Shown here: positions 11,056 through 24,906 of the stretch, in pieces | Numbering within the stretch: position 1 is the stretch's first letter | Layout: every line of letters starts with the position of its first letter | Assembly: GCA_973895155.1 (NCBI GenBank) | Contig: OZ316894.1 | Location: forward strand, 25,170,709 to 25,234,708 | Source: Marsupella aquatica | Lineage: Eukaryota > Plantae > Marchantiophyta | Length of the DNA stretch: 64,000 nt | Direction: 5' to 3' | The notes under the pieces: model-generated | What the model was told of the DNA's origin: nothing | The model's input: the letters and a program-made list of their open reading frames with translations, nothing else | Databases searched by the model: none | Position numbers and translations under genes: made by a program

Positions 11056-12855
11056 AGTATGTGCACACCCTCAAAAATCTAGAAAATATAGAGCCCTGAA
11101 TTTAGAAAAATTGTGTTTGGCTTGAAGCATCATGTTGCCTTCCCACGAGCAGATTGTCGCTGTAGAACAATCACCTGAAGCTCATGCACTGCCCTTTACT
11201 TCGGACTATTCCCTTTTGGAAGCACCTTACACAAATTGCTATCAGACACTTCTTGGTCAAAGTTTGAGACAGGTAAAATGTTTGCTCAATATTCAGTTGA
11301 GCTAACATTGTACAATTGAGATAATAAACAAGCACACATGGCATTTAGAATTTGTTTGTTGGACTTGGCTATTGTTGCTCATGAACCCAGAACAAAGATT
11401 TGGAGGTGTGAGAAACAAGAGGGAAAATAGCCTAGTAAACTTAAGGGAAAGTAACCATGCTTTCACACCATGCCCCCATTCATGACATTGTCATCAGGAA
11501 ATAAGACATGCCCAAGGGGACTTTATCTGCAGGATTAATTTTCCAGAGCACGCGCAAGCCTCAAACTGAATGAAACTTATTATAGTTTTTCAAAGAGTGC
11601 TACAAACTTTGTGTTTGAAATACATCTTTGAGAAGCTTGCACACTGACTAGTTGGGGCAAAGATAGACACCTTCTATGCATTGCAGGGCTTTGGCACAAG
11701 TTCCATAATTTGATGACAGTATGAATAACTGATGTAGTGGAAAAAAGCTGAAAAATAGGTCCATGGTGTTTTGAATCATTTTGATTGAATATTTTTATTT
11801 GCTTAAGAACAGCTGCAATTTTAGAGATACTTTAGATAGGAAAAACCAAGTGAACAACAAATAACAAGTTTTCTGAAAGAGGGCAACCAAAGTATATGCA
11901 AACAAAGTATAGGCAAACAAAGTATATGCAAACATGCACCGCCACTTGAATCCCTATATATTATTGTGCTCTTTAGGGCTTAGGAATGGTCAATCCTAAG
12001 GGCATCTCAAACCTTCAAAGTTGCAGATGATGGCTTTTGGCCATAAACAAATGCATTTTTTCACTACCCTTTACATTGACTAATGGTCATGGCATATGAC
12101 CTGGCAGTCTATAAGGGAAAACTTTAATATGGACTATAAATTCAGTAGTCCATAACTTTTGCTGTAGCTAATTTGAACTGCTAATTTTAAGTCCATTAAA
12201 TTTTTCTCTCCCTCCCTACTTCCGGTTTTCGCTGAATTATATATGAATGTCTTAAAAAAATTCAGAAAAAAAAATTCCATTAAAATTTGAGGTTTGAGAC
12301 TCCCCTAGCAGACAAATGTAGCTACTGTAGTTAAGGTACACAATTCGCTACTATTACCCAACGAGTACCATGAAACCCAGAAGACTGAAATCGATTATCG
12401 GTCAGGATGAAACCGAGGATCATAAACATTCGGTCTCTCTTCTGCACTCATAGATCTTCTTTTCGTTTCTTGTTCACCGCCATCGCTGAGGGGACTCTAC
12501 TTGCCCTTTGTACAACAGAAGTAAAGAGATCCCAACATGTGACATCGTTTCGAGAGCCAATCCATCGTTCTAATCAAGGTTTGAGGAACGATCGTCTTTA
12601 GACGATTCCTGGACTAGTAGAAGTTTTCCCCTCCTCTTTTCTATTTCAGACGTCATATTCTCCGCTCTCCGCTTATCATGGGACAAACGGTAGTTTCTCC
12701 GCTTTCTTTCCTCCGTTTGTCCCATCGTAGGTTTGCACTGATCAAGTGACTGCTCATTTCCTATCAAATGATGTTCGAAGCGCCAATTACAGATCGTGTA
12801 GGTCACGTAAGACGAAGTTATATGTATGTCGTGTGTGGCTAATAACACATTGTGA

Positions 12856-12857
<2 letters not shown>

Positions 12858-12899
<42 letters not shown>
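12858..12899. repeat. (GA)n microsatellite upstream of the coiled-coil gene
   Basis: Uninterrupted AG dinucleotide run. Confidence 0.95.
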
Positions 12900-12903
<4 letters not shown>

Positions 12904-13163
12904 AACTTGCTGGAAACTTGAATTGAACAAATGTGGCATCGTCTTAGACTGGCCAGCGCATCTAAACTATTCCAGAAGTGGAAGATTTCAAACGTCTATT
13001 GCTGGTGATTCCACTGATTCCTGGTGAGCAAGACATACTATTAGAAAGAGCAAAGGCGAGGAGAAAAGTATGCACGAACGTAACGTCCTGGAGCTGAAGC
13101 GAGAATGATTTAACGTTCTAAAGGCTTCACATGATTGGCTCTTGCAGCTACTCTTGTGAAACC

Positions 13164-16100
13164 ATGGCCGACAACGCGCCTTCCAACGTGCATGGTGACA
13201 ACACGCCCTCCCATGTGCTCCCGAAAGACTCATACTTCGAATCGTTCGAGACATTTTTGCAAAACCTAGCCCCGTTAAAACTCTCCCATGACATTGAAAA
13301 GTCGGAAGCTCTCCTCCTTCCATCAGCGATCCTTCCGAATGCAGGACCTTCATCTAAAGCAGTCCCTTCAGACATATCTTGTGGAGATGGAGAAGGGGAC
13401 ATACCTCGGGACGCCTCGAAAGATGAAGTGAAGCGTCTCCAAGAATTGGTGGAGTTGTTGCAAGTTCGTTTGGATGCATTACAAAAGGCACTGGAGATTC
13501 AAGAGCAAGAAGTATGCAGGGAGATGGGAGCCACCGGGGGAGACAATTCGTGCCCTACGTACGAGAAATTGCTGACTCGATGGCGTCGTGAGGTCTGTGT
13601 TATGCTGCTGAAGCAAAGAGTGGACGCGCTGCAATTTGAGCAGCGGCAATTGCAACATACCAAAAAAGAGCATCATTTGACCGTCCAACTACACGAAGCT
13701 CGAGCTCTAGTTGAGGTATGGGAATCATTCTGTAAGTATGATGATGAAGCTTTCTCCACAAGACTAAGTTTGTATATTTTTGCAACCAAAAAAATGGTTT
13801 CGAGGAAGAAGAGGCAAGAGGACGCAAAACCTCGCCCTAGAACAGCAAGCAGCCATATTCAGTTTTGCATTTGAAGCTTGATGTGAAGCTCTCGAGAGGG
13901 TTTCGAAGACTTGAATGCCTTCCACCAATTTGGATACCATAGTGCTCGGAGACACTGCTCAACAATTCAAAATGCAGGCAAAATGTGCACTGAAAAATCA
14001 AGGTTTTTAGATTGTGAGTGGTACCAGGGTGTTATTTAGATCCCATCCTAAGACACAATGGTATTTGCCATCCTGGTGCACATTTGGTTAAAAATCAACA
14101 ATATTGCGATACTTGGGAAAGAAACTCAAAAACTGCATCGCATCTGTACTGCCTACCATTAATGGGTTATCCATGTGATTTTCATTTGCTTTGAGAATCC
14201 TGACAGGTTTTGAAGCAAAAAGAGAGAAACTATCAAGCAGAAATTGCAATTCTCACTACTAGTACCAAGTGAGAATATTTCTTTACACTACATGACATTA
14301 CACCTATGTTTTCCTCGGTTTCATGACAACCCCAACTACCCTGGCACAGCTCATGGCATAGCCAAGCCAAATAATTATAACAACATTAAAAAGTATTGTC
14401 ATGAAATATTATCAGTGTCAGCACATGGCTCAACTTGTACAACAGTCAAGCCCACCCTGTGCCCCCCCAAAACCTATTTACCCCCAAAGTGTCTGCCTGT
14501 AATCATGTCAAAATGAAGTATGCTTTAAACATCAGCTTTCATTCGGTTTGAAGCTTTGGCAAAAATAATAGATCTTGCCCAATCATACCCAATCCTGCCA
14601 AAGCAATCCCCCTTTCCCCCAAATCCCCCCAAAGGCATATCTTATTTACGGTCTTGAAACATACTTCATTTTAAGTGGCCTACATCCTTCAGTTTAGAAC
14701 CATTTGTACATGAAGGGCTTGAGTTGTACTTTAACCTGTAACCAATACGAGATCATGAATGTAATCGGTGTGACTAGGGTGGCAGAAATGACAATGAGAG
14801 CAGAAGGTGCTCGACGACAACATGAGATGGAAGGAACACTCAAGAGCACCAGCAAGGCTACAATGGAGGCGGTTTCGCAAATAATAGAATCTCAAGTTGA
14901 CATGATGTCTGTTCGAATGGGAAGGATTACAGATGCTTTGTGCAGGTCCAAAAGACTCAATATATCCATCTAGTAAGAATTTATTTTTCTTTAAAATCTA
15001 TGACCTGTTTGCAAGCACATGTACATTAGTTTTCACACCTGTTTAACAGGAATGATTTTGTTCATTTTGTTTCAAAGCTGTGTACTTCATGAGATGATTT
15101 AAGCCTAGAAATCTCAGACATCTTGCAATGGTTAGCTCCTACATACGGTTTTGAGTTCATGCCTACCATGCCACATCCACATTATTGTGAGCCTTTCATG
15201 TTCTGAGCAGCCCTAAATGTGAGTATCATAGTGAAAAGGAAAAGGGAATTGAAAGATGAAAAGCTCAGACACCCGTAAACGTTTTTGCCAATCATGGCAG
15301 GCCATTAGACCTATCAGTAAACTCATGATTTTTGTATGTGTCAGTGCTTGTTTTAAAAAAGTCAGAAGACCTTTTGTACATCAAAATGTTTGCCAAAAAT
15401 TTATCATGCAAATCTTTCCTTTTGTGCTGCCTTTGTCATGTCAGGTCACTTTTTGTCAAGAAAGAGTCATCAGTCAGGCCTGGTTCAGCAAGGTTGTGAT
15501 TAGATTTTTTGTTCAACCTTTTTGCAAAAATTGCACTAAAAGGGTCACGGCCTTTGCCCATAGATCTATTGGACTCTCAACTTTCAATTCTAGATGGTTT
15601 TGGTGATTCTGTGAGGCTTTCCTAAGAGAATATAAAAGTCAACTCAAGAGAGGTTGAAGGAGCAGGCTTAAGGTATAATTATTGGTCTTATTTTAATCAT
15701 CACAAGTAACAGGTTAGACATGCATGGGAGTAGACTATTCTTTGCTGAGCAACAAGTTGCAATGGCAGCTGGACTTATCAGTTCAAACTTCAAACCACAA
15801 GGTCAGGGTCAAGCGTCCAAAGTGGTGTTCATAATTTTGGACAGTATAAAAAAGTTTCTTCAAATGGCTTTTGAATGTTACAGTAGTATTACTTCCTGCT
15901 TTTCAATTTTTTGATTAGGATTGCTGCTTCTTTGTTAAAATGAGATACACTAAGCAAGACTTTGGAATTTCTTTATTGATCAAAGAAGTTCTGATTGTAC
16001 TTAAAGAAAATTATATTTCCAATGGTGCTCAACAATTAGACTACTTTTACCTTGCCTTACAGGTGCACTCTCCTTTCGCAAAAAGGGTGATCATGGTGAT

Positions 16101-19100
16101 GTCCCTTACATGGGTAGAAGAAAGGAAGGGGTGGCAGTTGACCTACAGAAAAACATGGACCATGTTGGGCGCACCAATCAACTTGAGGTCCCTTCTTTGC
16201 CTGTTTGTTGCATATGGGTTTTTCAAGGACTGAGGGAAACCCCACCCTCACATTTTTGCCACAATAGCAGTTTTGTTTATGCTTTTATTTTGACTATAAC
16301 CACAAGGTTCACATCTTCTTTTGGGTATACAGTCAAACTCCCCTTCATGGATAGGGCCGGGAGGATAAACATTATTTCAATAATAGAAAAATGGGCATTG
16401 ATACTTACTAGGAAAAAAATTAAAATTGCAAAATTTTCACTGAGATCAAACTTGAATCGCACAAAGGGAGGGTTCAAAGGGAATCAAGAGGGACATTGGA
16501 AGGGAGAAGAGGGGGGGGGTCACATGGAAATGGAAATCATTCCTTCTATCTCTCAGCTCGTGTTTGCAGGTTGCTCAGGTTAGGTTGATTTGACTCTACA
16601 TAACTAAGTAAATGAATAATAGAAGGAGAAAATTTTGGTTCTGACAAATTCTATGCAATAATGAATTAGGGAGGCTTCAGTCATATAATGTTGCCAAGCC
16701 TGGTTAACAAGAAATTGATCGAATCCATAATTATATAAAAATATTCAATCGTAGAGGATACATTAGGGGAGATTGACCCTGTAGATCCTAATCTTCCTAT
16801 TTATTGAATCATATAAGAAGAAGCATATTCGTGATAAGTACATTTTAGGAACCTTGGCATTGAGGTGGGATGTTTTAGGAACCTTGGCATTGATTTGAAG
16901 ATAATATAGGTATCATTGAAGTGGGATATTTTAAGAACCTTGGCATTGATTCAAAGATAATATAGCTATCATTGAGGTGGGATGGAGATAAGTAATCTCA
17001 TCAGTTATCAGTCACTTTCATCAGTGTACCTGATATCAGCTGCCACCTCATCTCAGAGAGGCCGCCAAGTTGCGATGCGAAAAAGAAAAAAAATGAAGAA
17101 AAAAAATCCTATCATGGTCCGTACGCCCATCTCGGCGTGGTCAGCCGAGATTGAATCAACCTCAGCTGCCCAGCTGAGATGAACTGAAGTTTGAAGGCCC
17201 CATCTCAACTCCTCAACTGAGATTCTAAAATTTTTAAGATAACTGATATCAGTCGCTGATATCAATTATCAGCCACTGATAACTGATGATGTTGTGTACC
17301 CCGGTGGGATGTTTGCACAGGTTTTGGGATCAGAACAATATGTAAAAAATTGTCAATCACTGTTTATAAATTAAGTTTCATGAATGAATCATGACCACCT
17401 TAGTAAGATGCAGGATACTGTTGGCAATGATTGAAAAAAAATGAAGACAAAAAAATTCTTACTTGCTGTTTCATGGTTAGCAAGTTTTCAATGTTTTGAG
17501 CTATAAAGGACTTCTCAAAACACTTTATTATAGGCTGGATTATACGCAACCATGCTAAAAGCTTTCACACAATTTTGATGTGTAGATACTCTTAGCGGCA
17601 ACAAAGACCCAACTTGCAGAAGAATGCCTCCATGCAAAAGAGCTTCAGGTACCAATTGAACATCAGTCAAGTAATTGTATAATTATGTACATGTTAAAAT
17701 CCATTGTAAGTCTTAATATGAATCATCACTGCGGTCCAATCTCAAAGTATGACCTTGCTTTCCAACAAGCATCCATGATTTTCTAAATGTTCCTGAGCCA
17801 TCAATTTGTGATATTATACCTAAACTTTTGGCTTATTCAAATATCTTTCTTCAGTGTTGTTAAGAAGTTGAATAGAATCCTGCTCACTAGAACAATAACC
17901 AGGATAAGAAAAGCTTAAGAGTAGTCCTGTTTATTTGCCATGGAAGTTGCTAACAGTCCTTATACTTAACCAAATTCAAAACATGTAATATACTGGAATG
18001 AAATACCCTGACTCTCTGATACTTCCATATATGCAGGAAAGGGTTATAAAATCTGAAGTAGATGCAAGAGAGTCAACAAAGAGGGTTCTAAAGAAGGTGC
18101 AAGAGCAAGCTGACCGAGACTTGGCTGCGATCAAACGTCAACATGGTCAGGTTAGGATGATTTGTACAGTTACATGAACTCATGTTTGAAAAAGGATTGA
18201 CTGGAACTCTTTACCGGAATTGAATTGACTGGTCTGCAATTAACAAGCTAAAACCAAAAAACCACTCATTTCAACTTTGTAGCTACTTTAAGGTTAGACA
18301 CTTTCCCCCACAATTCTTGCTGAGCATCTTATACTAATCTTGTTTTGGGTTTTGATTCATGATGTCCAGACAATGCAGTCCCTTCAACAAAAGGTTGTGA
18401 AACTTCAAGCTGATCAGGCACGAGGAATTGTTGCACAACACCAAGTAAAGTGACCATCTATTGCACTGGTTTTCTAGTGGATCAAAACACGATTGCCTTC
18501 ACATTTGCTATCTGGTGTACAGTACTTACTCAGAGGTATTGTATTGATCAAGGCATTTCTTGGAGTTCCATTGTCAGCTAGCAACAACCTGTTTTCATGT
18601 GATGGCGTGTTTGGAATGCAGTTCGAGCGCAAGATGTGCCAACAACAGCAGGAATTTACACACACGCTAAACCAAAAGGACATGTGCGTTTGCTATCCTT
18701 CTCAATATGTACAATTTTTGGGCATAGAAGTTATATATGAATCAGATTTAGCAGCACCAGACCTGATCTCTTAGAAGGATCTCTCTCCCTCCTTTTCACA
18801 ATTTACACGCTGCAGCAAGAGGTGAATTCTCGGTTCGAGTTTTGATTGCAGTGAGTTCAAGAAAATTTTGGAGGCAAAAGAGCTCGAAGTCGATAACCTG
18901 GTGAAAGAGCAAAATGCTCTGCTTGTGAAATTAAAAAATTTCTGGCGTCCAATCCTCACTTCCTCATCCGCCAAGGTACTTCAAGAGAAAAACACAAGAA
19001 GTGCCGTGCATACTCAAGAAAGCTCCACAGTAGAGAAGGTGCAGGAGAAAACTACAAGGAGTGTCATGCATACTCAAGAAAGCTCCACCACGGCAGAGAT

Positions 19101-19830
19101 GGTGCCCGAGAAGAACACTCGAAGTGTCTTGCATACACAAGAAAGCTCCATGGCAGATCAGGTGAAAACGCCAATGCCTCTCAAAGAGACAAAAGGATGT
19201 TTTGCAAATACTGTTGAGACTCAAACAGAAGATGCCATTGCTGATGAGAGTATGTGCCATTGTACAACCTCCCCCAATGAGTCAGGATATGAAGACTATG
19301 ATTTACCTCAAGACCAAGAAATATTTCCAAAGATCAAAGAAAGAGTCACTTCACATAGTAGGTTCTCTACTCCAAGTAGAAAATATAGACGAAGCTCAAG
19401 GCCTGGGAAGAAGAATGATGACGATCTCATTGCCTCCTACTTGACTAAACTACAAAAGGCCTACGTGAAGTCTAGGGAAGTCTCTAGTGACCCTTTTGTA
19501 ATCACGCCGTCAATTAACGCAGCGTTAGCTAAATCCAGTCCCACAGTTCACAACGATGGCACTACTCCCACCATGGAACCAAGGCACACACCACGGTCAT
19601 CCGTGGATTCTAAAGAGTCGTGTGAGATAAATGACGCTAGATCTGACAACCTTGCACGATATGTGATATGCATTCCTCGTCGAGAGTCCTGTAATCCATC
19701 AGGAAACACTTTCTTTTTGAAAACAAGAAGAAAAAAGAAGGTTGTAGGTGCAAACCAATTATTACGGGTTAAATTACAGAACCTTGAGGATTTGAGTCAG
19801 AGTCTTCTTAATAAAGGTCATTATTTTTGA
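13164..19830 (+). CDS. Multi-exon coiled-coil protein, CCHCR1 (HCR)-like
   Basis: GT-AG exons in consistent phase: 13164-13715, 14207-14268, 14778-14945, 15713-~15801, 16063-16187, ~17586-17648, ~18037-18150, ~18370-18444, ~18622-18683, ~18852-19830. Peptides YEKLLTRWRREVCVMLLKQR, LDMHGSRLFFAEQQVAMAAGLI, VDNLVKEQNALLVKLK and LQNLEDLSQSLL follow the order of CCHCR1 blocks as I recall them (LLNRWREKVFALMVQLK; LNNRLSYAVRKVHTIRGLI; LQELERDKNLMLATL; LDDLQDLSEAI). Confidence 0.75.
16843..16984. repeat. Short intronic tandem repeat (ttttaggaaccttggcattga / gaggtgggat units, 3 copies)
   Basis: Copies at ~16843, ~16873 and ~16930. Confidence 0.8.
16985..17302. mobile_element. Intronic MITE-like insertion with an 8-9 bp target-site duplication
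   Basis: GGTGGGATG at 16976-16984 and 17303-17311. Subterminal inverted repeat tcatcagttatcagt (~16998) vs actgataactgatga (~17275). Inverted tgatatcag motifs. No coding capacity. Confidence 0.7.
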
Positions 19831-20665
19831 GTTATGTGTAACATTCACGAAACAGACTGTGAATCTGATTGTATAAACGAGATGCAATCATTTCGAACTC
19901 TCAGCTTGGGAATGTTTTCTGGATCATAAGTTTTCCTTTTTCGTTTTCAATTGCTCACAATAAAAATTTAGTAGTCCACAATAGACCAAGTGCTGAAAAC
20001 CTATCAAAGGAGAAGTTGGTGTTCCATAATTTGTCGAATTAGAAGTCGATGCTAGACTCATGAGGTGTAATGGCACTTCGGTGTCCTTTCCTGACGTTTT
20101 GCCTCAAAAACTTCGTTGCTGTAGTAGAGAGCACCTTGATGTTAGGAAGAACTTTCGCCTTTGAACTGCGTTGCCATGGCAGAAGATACCTTGAGGAAAG
20201 GACCATCTCTGTTGTCAGGAGATTCAAAACATCAACGTGGTCCTTCCGAAGGCAAGAGAGCTCGGGAGGCTAAAGATATCGAAACCCTGCACTGCACTCC
20301 AACCAACCATGTCCACGTTCTTCAAACTGTAAAACGCAAAAACACAACCATGTCCAGGCCGGGAAATTTCTACCAAACGCCAACCACAACCACGCTCTTC
20401 CAATTAAAACACTTATGTTACCAACCATATCCACGCTCTTCACATTTCTTCACTCAACCGGTGAACGAGTGTCGATACCTCCAGTTCAGGAGAAGTCCTA
20501 CACTTCTGGTAAACGTGACTCAGATGTTCTGATCCATATCCAACAGCCGATGAAGACAAACGTCTACAATTGCAATAAGATGACTGGCTACCAGTGGATG
20601 GAGATAAAACAATGCGATGAGATGAGAGACGGTCAAGATGGATTATCTGTACAAAACACGAACCC

Positions 20666-23600
20666 TTAAATTTTCTTTCTGTCCCTGGTGGTCCGTTGCA
20701 GGATTCTAAGTGGGATGCCACTTAGGCCAAAATCTTCACGAAGAGCAGAGGCAAGGAAACGCAAATCTGTGTCCTCGAGCTCACCAGCTCCGCTAACGAA
20801 AACTACAAAGGTAGGTGGACGAGCTTTGACTTGAGTCATATACCGCACTTTAGCTCCATAGCCAGACCCACTTCTCGGATGTCGGCTCATAACCTGCGAT
20901 ACACATTAGAAGCACTTAGGATAACTCTATCTGACATGTAATCTCCCTACAGTCACTTTTCTCTGTTAAGTCTCGAGTTCTCTTCGTACGGTAGGACGGG
21001 ATGCAGGCAGGCCCGTTTCTCACAGTTTTCATCTCACAATTTGGTGTCTGAGTATCTAGAATTCAGTGCTTAGATCGAAAAAAGGCGGCATAGATTTCAA
21101 ACCTTGCGGAGCCAGCGATTAAGTTGAGCTGTGGAGTAGCGAGCATTCCATTTCTCGTAGCATTCAAATACGTTCTGCATAAACACAGCACTTCCTGTCT
21201 TCTCTAGAGCGGATGTAAAAACTACTGGGACACCTGATACCTGCGACAATTTGAATGAGATAGGTACGACTGGAATGACAAATTACATGTGGTTCGGTTA
21301 CGACCCAGACACATAACTGTATAACATATTGAACCCAGAGAAGTCAGTCACCTAGCTTACACAAGAACATCCATACTTGTAAAATTTTGTGCAAAGATCT
21401 ATTGACCTTGGAGGCCCACCTGAGGCAATATCGTTTGTATCTCTATGGGAACAGCCCTCATAACATCATTGCGTAGTTTGGCTTTGTCCTTTCCTGCTAG
21501 CAGATCCATCTTGTTTACGACCACTACTAGCCCACGACCCTCCTGAACAGCCCATCTCGCTAGGGATGCTTCAGTATGCCGCATACTGCTCCGTGTCTTG
21601 GCTATCTGATACAGGCCATCCAAAGAAAACTATATCAATCGTCTCTTTTGATCAGTCATTTTCTCTAGAACTTTCATCACATTGCCAGAGAGCTCATGTC
21701 ATGAATATTAAAAGGGCCAAGAATAGTTCGTGCTAAAGGCCACCCTGGTCCAATTCAGATTAACATATGCTTGGGAAGAACCGTTACTTAGGCCCACCTC
21801 CTCCCCATCGAGAATGAGAGCCACAACGTGGGACATCATGACACCCTTCCGAGCATGCATGGCACTCAGAGCAGCGGGACCCTCCTTCACTTGCACTCGT
21901 TGCATCCATCCAGCTGTATCCACCTACCACAAGCCAATCGTAAAGGATATCATCAGCTCTCAATCTCACCGAAATTATTTCCTTCAAACGCAGAGAAATC
22001 TTAATACATCTATCAGGAGTTTGACAGAGATAGGACGAACCCAATAGAAAATAAAATGGAGAGACGAAGTTTGTCAAGTTGAGCAGACAATCCAAGGGTC
22101 ATGGCCCCTCTCCGGGGCTTCCACCTTGCTTCTAAACATCAGAAGACCAGGGCTCGACTCTCCGATGACAAGATGAGTCAAGATGCATTGAGTAAAAGAA
22201 CGCAGGAGCGTGAGTGCAGCGCTGTGGAATTACTAGCACCTCTCCTATCCTGGATTGCTAACGAACAATTTGTAACAATCACTGAGTGACAGATCAGCTT
22301 GTGGTTGCCTACAGTACGTTGAGTGACTACAGACTTCAAAGCATACTCCAACCATGCCCTCACCAATGAATCTGGAGTGTCAATCTGAACGACTTCCAGA
22401 GACACTACGGGTTAAAATTAATGAGCATGACTAGCAAGCTAATTGTTACACCGATGTCGAATCCAGTAGCTCGAAGCTGCTTGAACCATACGCACTTGCA
22501 CAAAATACTATGTCCATTTGAGTAATTTGCGTCATAGGTGTGGAAGGAGCAGTTTTCACTCACCAAGCGCACTTTTCGGTCTTTGTAGTCAAATTCCACG
22601 GACACAGAATCCCGTGTTAGTCCAGGCTCAGGTCCGGTCAGCACACGTTCTTCTCTCAGAATAGCATTCACTAGGGTCGACTTTCCTACGTTTGGACGCC
22701 CAGCAATTGCAAGCTGCATTGGTACCTTCTTATCCTCAAACTTATCTTGCTTGGTCTGTAGGCCATCTGACAGAAAATTAATGGTTCATCAGTCATGACT
22801 TACTACCACAATAAATGTAGTACCGGCATCAGTATCTGGTGTACAAATTTTGATCCTGATTTACAAACATATGTAGGTTGGAAGTAGACTAAGAATGTGA
22901 AAAAACCAATGATTTCCAGGAATATGCAAATGCCGAATATCAGACACAAGAGGTAATTTGTAACAAGCTTTGGGGGACACGTTGTTGATGGACTCTCTCG
23001 ACACAATTAGTTCATATTGTAATGTTTTGCATACCAGGATCAAGCTTACGAATAGCATCTTGTGCTTCTTCGAGAAAAGGCCGTAAAGTATCAAACAAAT
23101 CACCCATGCCTTCACCAGCTTCGGCAGAAATGGGAACTGGGTCACCAAACCCCAATTGATACGTCTCACCCAATGCTGCCAGTAGCCGTCCAGTTGGATC
23201 ATAGTGGATTCCTTCAGCTTTGTTCATTGCAACTATGACCTTCACATGCGGGCCAACCTTACGCAGCCACTTTCCTACATCTGCATCCATTGGCTGTAGC
23301 CCAGCTCTGGGCCAACAAGAAAAAAAAAGCTTAGATAGATTACAGTCTTATATCGTTGGCATGATCCCTAAGAGATTGCAGAATCTCTAGTAAAACTAAA
23401 GCACACTTCCGTTAGGACCACAGCCAAAACGGGAAGAGTAGTCAGAGACCTTCCATCCACCAAGAAAAGTGCAATGTGACATTTTTGTAGGGTCGAAGCA
23501 GAAATCCCTGCTGTCCTGCCAAGTATGCTTTCAGAGTCATCAAAAGTCTCAAGCCCTGCAGTGTCCAGCACTTTAAAATTGATACCTCCAAGCTTTGCAA

Positions 23601-24906
23601 TGCCCTCTCGAATATCACGGGTGACATGACCTTCAGGAGTATTGTAAACTAGGGCTTCCCGCCTTCGTGTTAACCTGCACAAGAAAGTTGCAAGTTTAAA
23701 GTTATCGAATTCACATGTCCTCTAGTGTCCGTAGGCTGTATTAACCGAATTAAAGTTGATGAGTCTTGACTTTCAGCATTTCGGATAGATCTCAAAAGCT
23801 TTTGTAATCATCAAGCAAAGCATCGCCACGGGGCTCTCAATGACTGTGGCAGCCAATGGGGTACAAGAGAACCAGTTAGTGGCCGCTGATCATTTTGGTT
23901 ATTCTTCATAAAGACAAACCTGTTGAACAGTGCCGACTTCCCTACATTTGGCCTTCCGACAATCATGACAATAGGAAGGATGTCCTCTATGGCAACCTTC
24001 GTTTCAATGATACTCGTCTGAGATGCTGAGAGAGTGCCTTCCACATCGCCATCAAGAGATACTTCAGAGTGGAGCAATGTGGTGGCTTTTGAGTGCAGAA
24101 ATGAGCGTCCAGTTGGATGGCGAAAGACTTTCTGGTGCTTTGTTAGTCGTTGGTTACTACCGGCCCAACTTTCTTGAGCATCTTTCTGGTAATCTGCATG
24201 CAATTGGTGCCCTAGAGTAAGAGAGATGCCTTGAACTGTCCCAGGATTCAAAACATTGCAGACCTTCCTCCACCCGACCTGCAGAGCTACAAGATGATAG
24301 GGGAGACAAAGCAAAAAAAGTCACCTAAGTAACATCTACACTACCGTACCTTGGTGTATTAATTCCTCATCAAGGGGCTCAATGACATGCCTGGACCACA
24401 AATCCTGTAAGAACGACAGTCCTGGAAACTATGTCTTTGAGTGGGAGCTTAAACTTCCAAACAACTTCTCATGTTATTTCCCCGAGAAACAATATTGAAC
24501 CAAATCTAGAACAAACATCCATGTTACAACTACCAATAAAGACGAGCGACTCACAATTAATTTGACAGACCCCTTCATGGTCACGCCTGCCTTCTTCAAC
24601 TGCCCCTACATTGGCACAAGTATTGGGGATATCCACAAATCTAAACAAGAGATCCAATCCTTCTCGCTGTAGTTGCAGAGATGATTTCAGAGTCTTCTTC
24701 CGTGCTCTACATTTCTCGGATTCCGGAATAATCGAATTCCGTGACGCAGCATCGCATGTTGGGATCAAATTCGTTATCGATGAGCAGCAGCTCGAAGTGG
24801 ATCGTCGTAACAGAGCAGGGCCGTTGCTAGGGCGTCGTCCAAATCCTCCCTCGGAAATCCTCTTCAGCAGCACTACTCCCAACAATCGAACCGACTCCGA
24901 CGTCAT
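20666..24906 (-). CDS. der: GTPase Der/EngA (two tandem G domains plus KH-like C-terminal domain), organelle-targeted; 5' exons uncertain
   Basis: G1 motifs IVGRPNVGKS and IAGRPNVGKS, G3 DTAG twice, G4 NKAE/NKMD, VTRD/LTRD switch motifs, C-terminal KVRYMTQVKARPPTFVVFVS...LREDFGLSGIPLRI. Introns have canonical borders. Start tentatively placed at ATG 24906 (MTSESVRLLGVVLLKR..., presequence-like). Confidence 0.9.
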
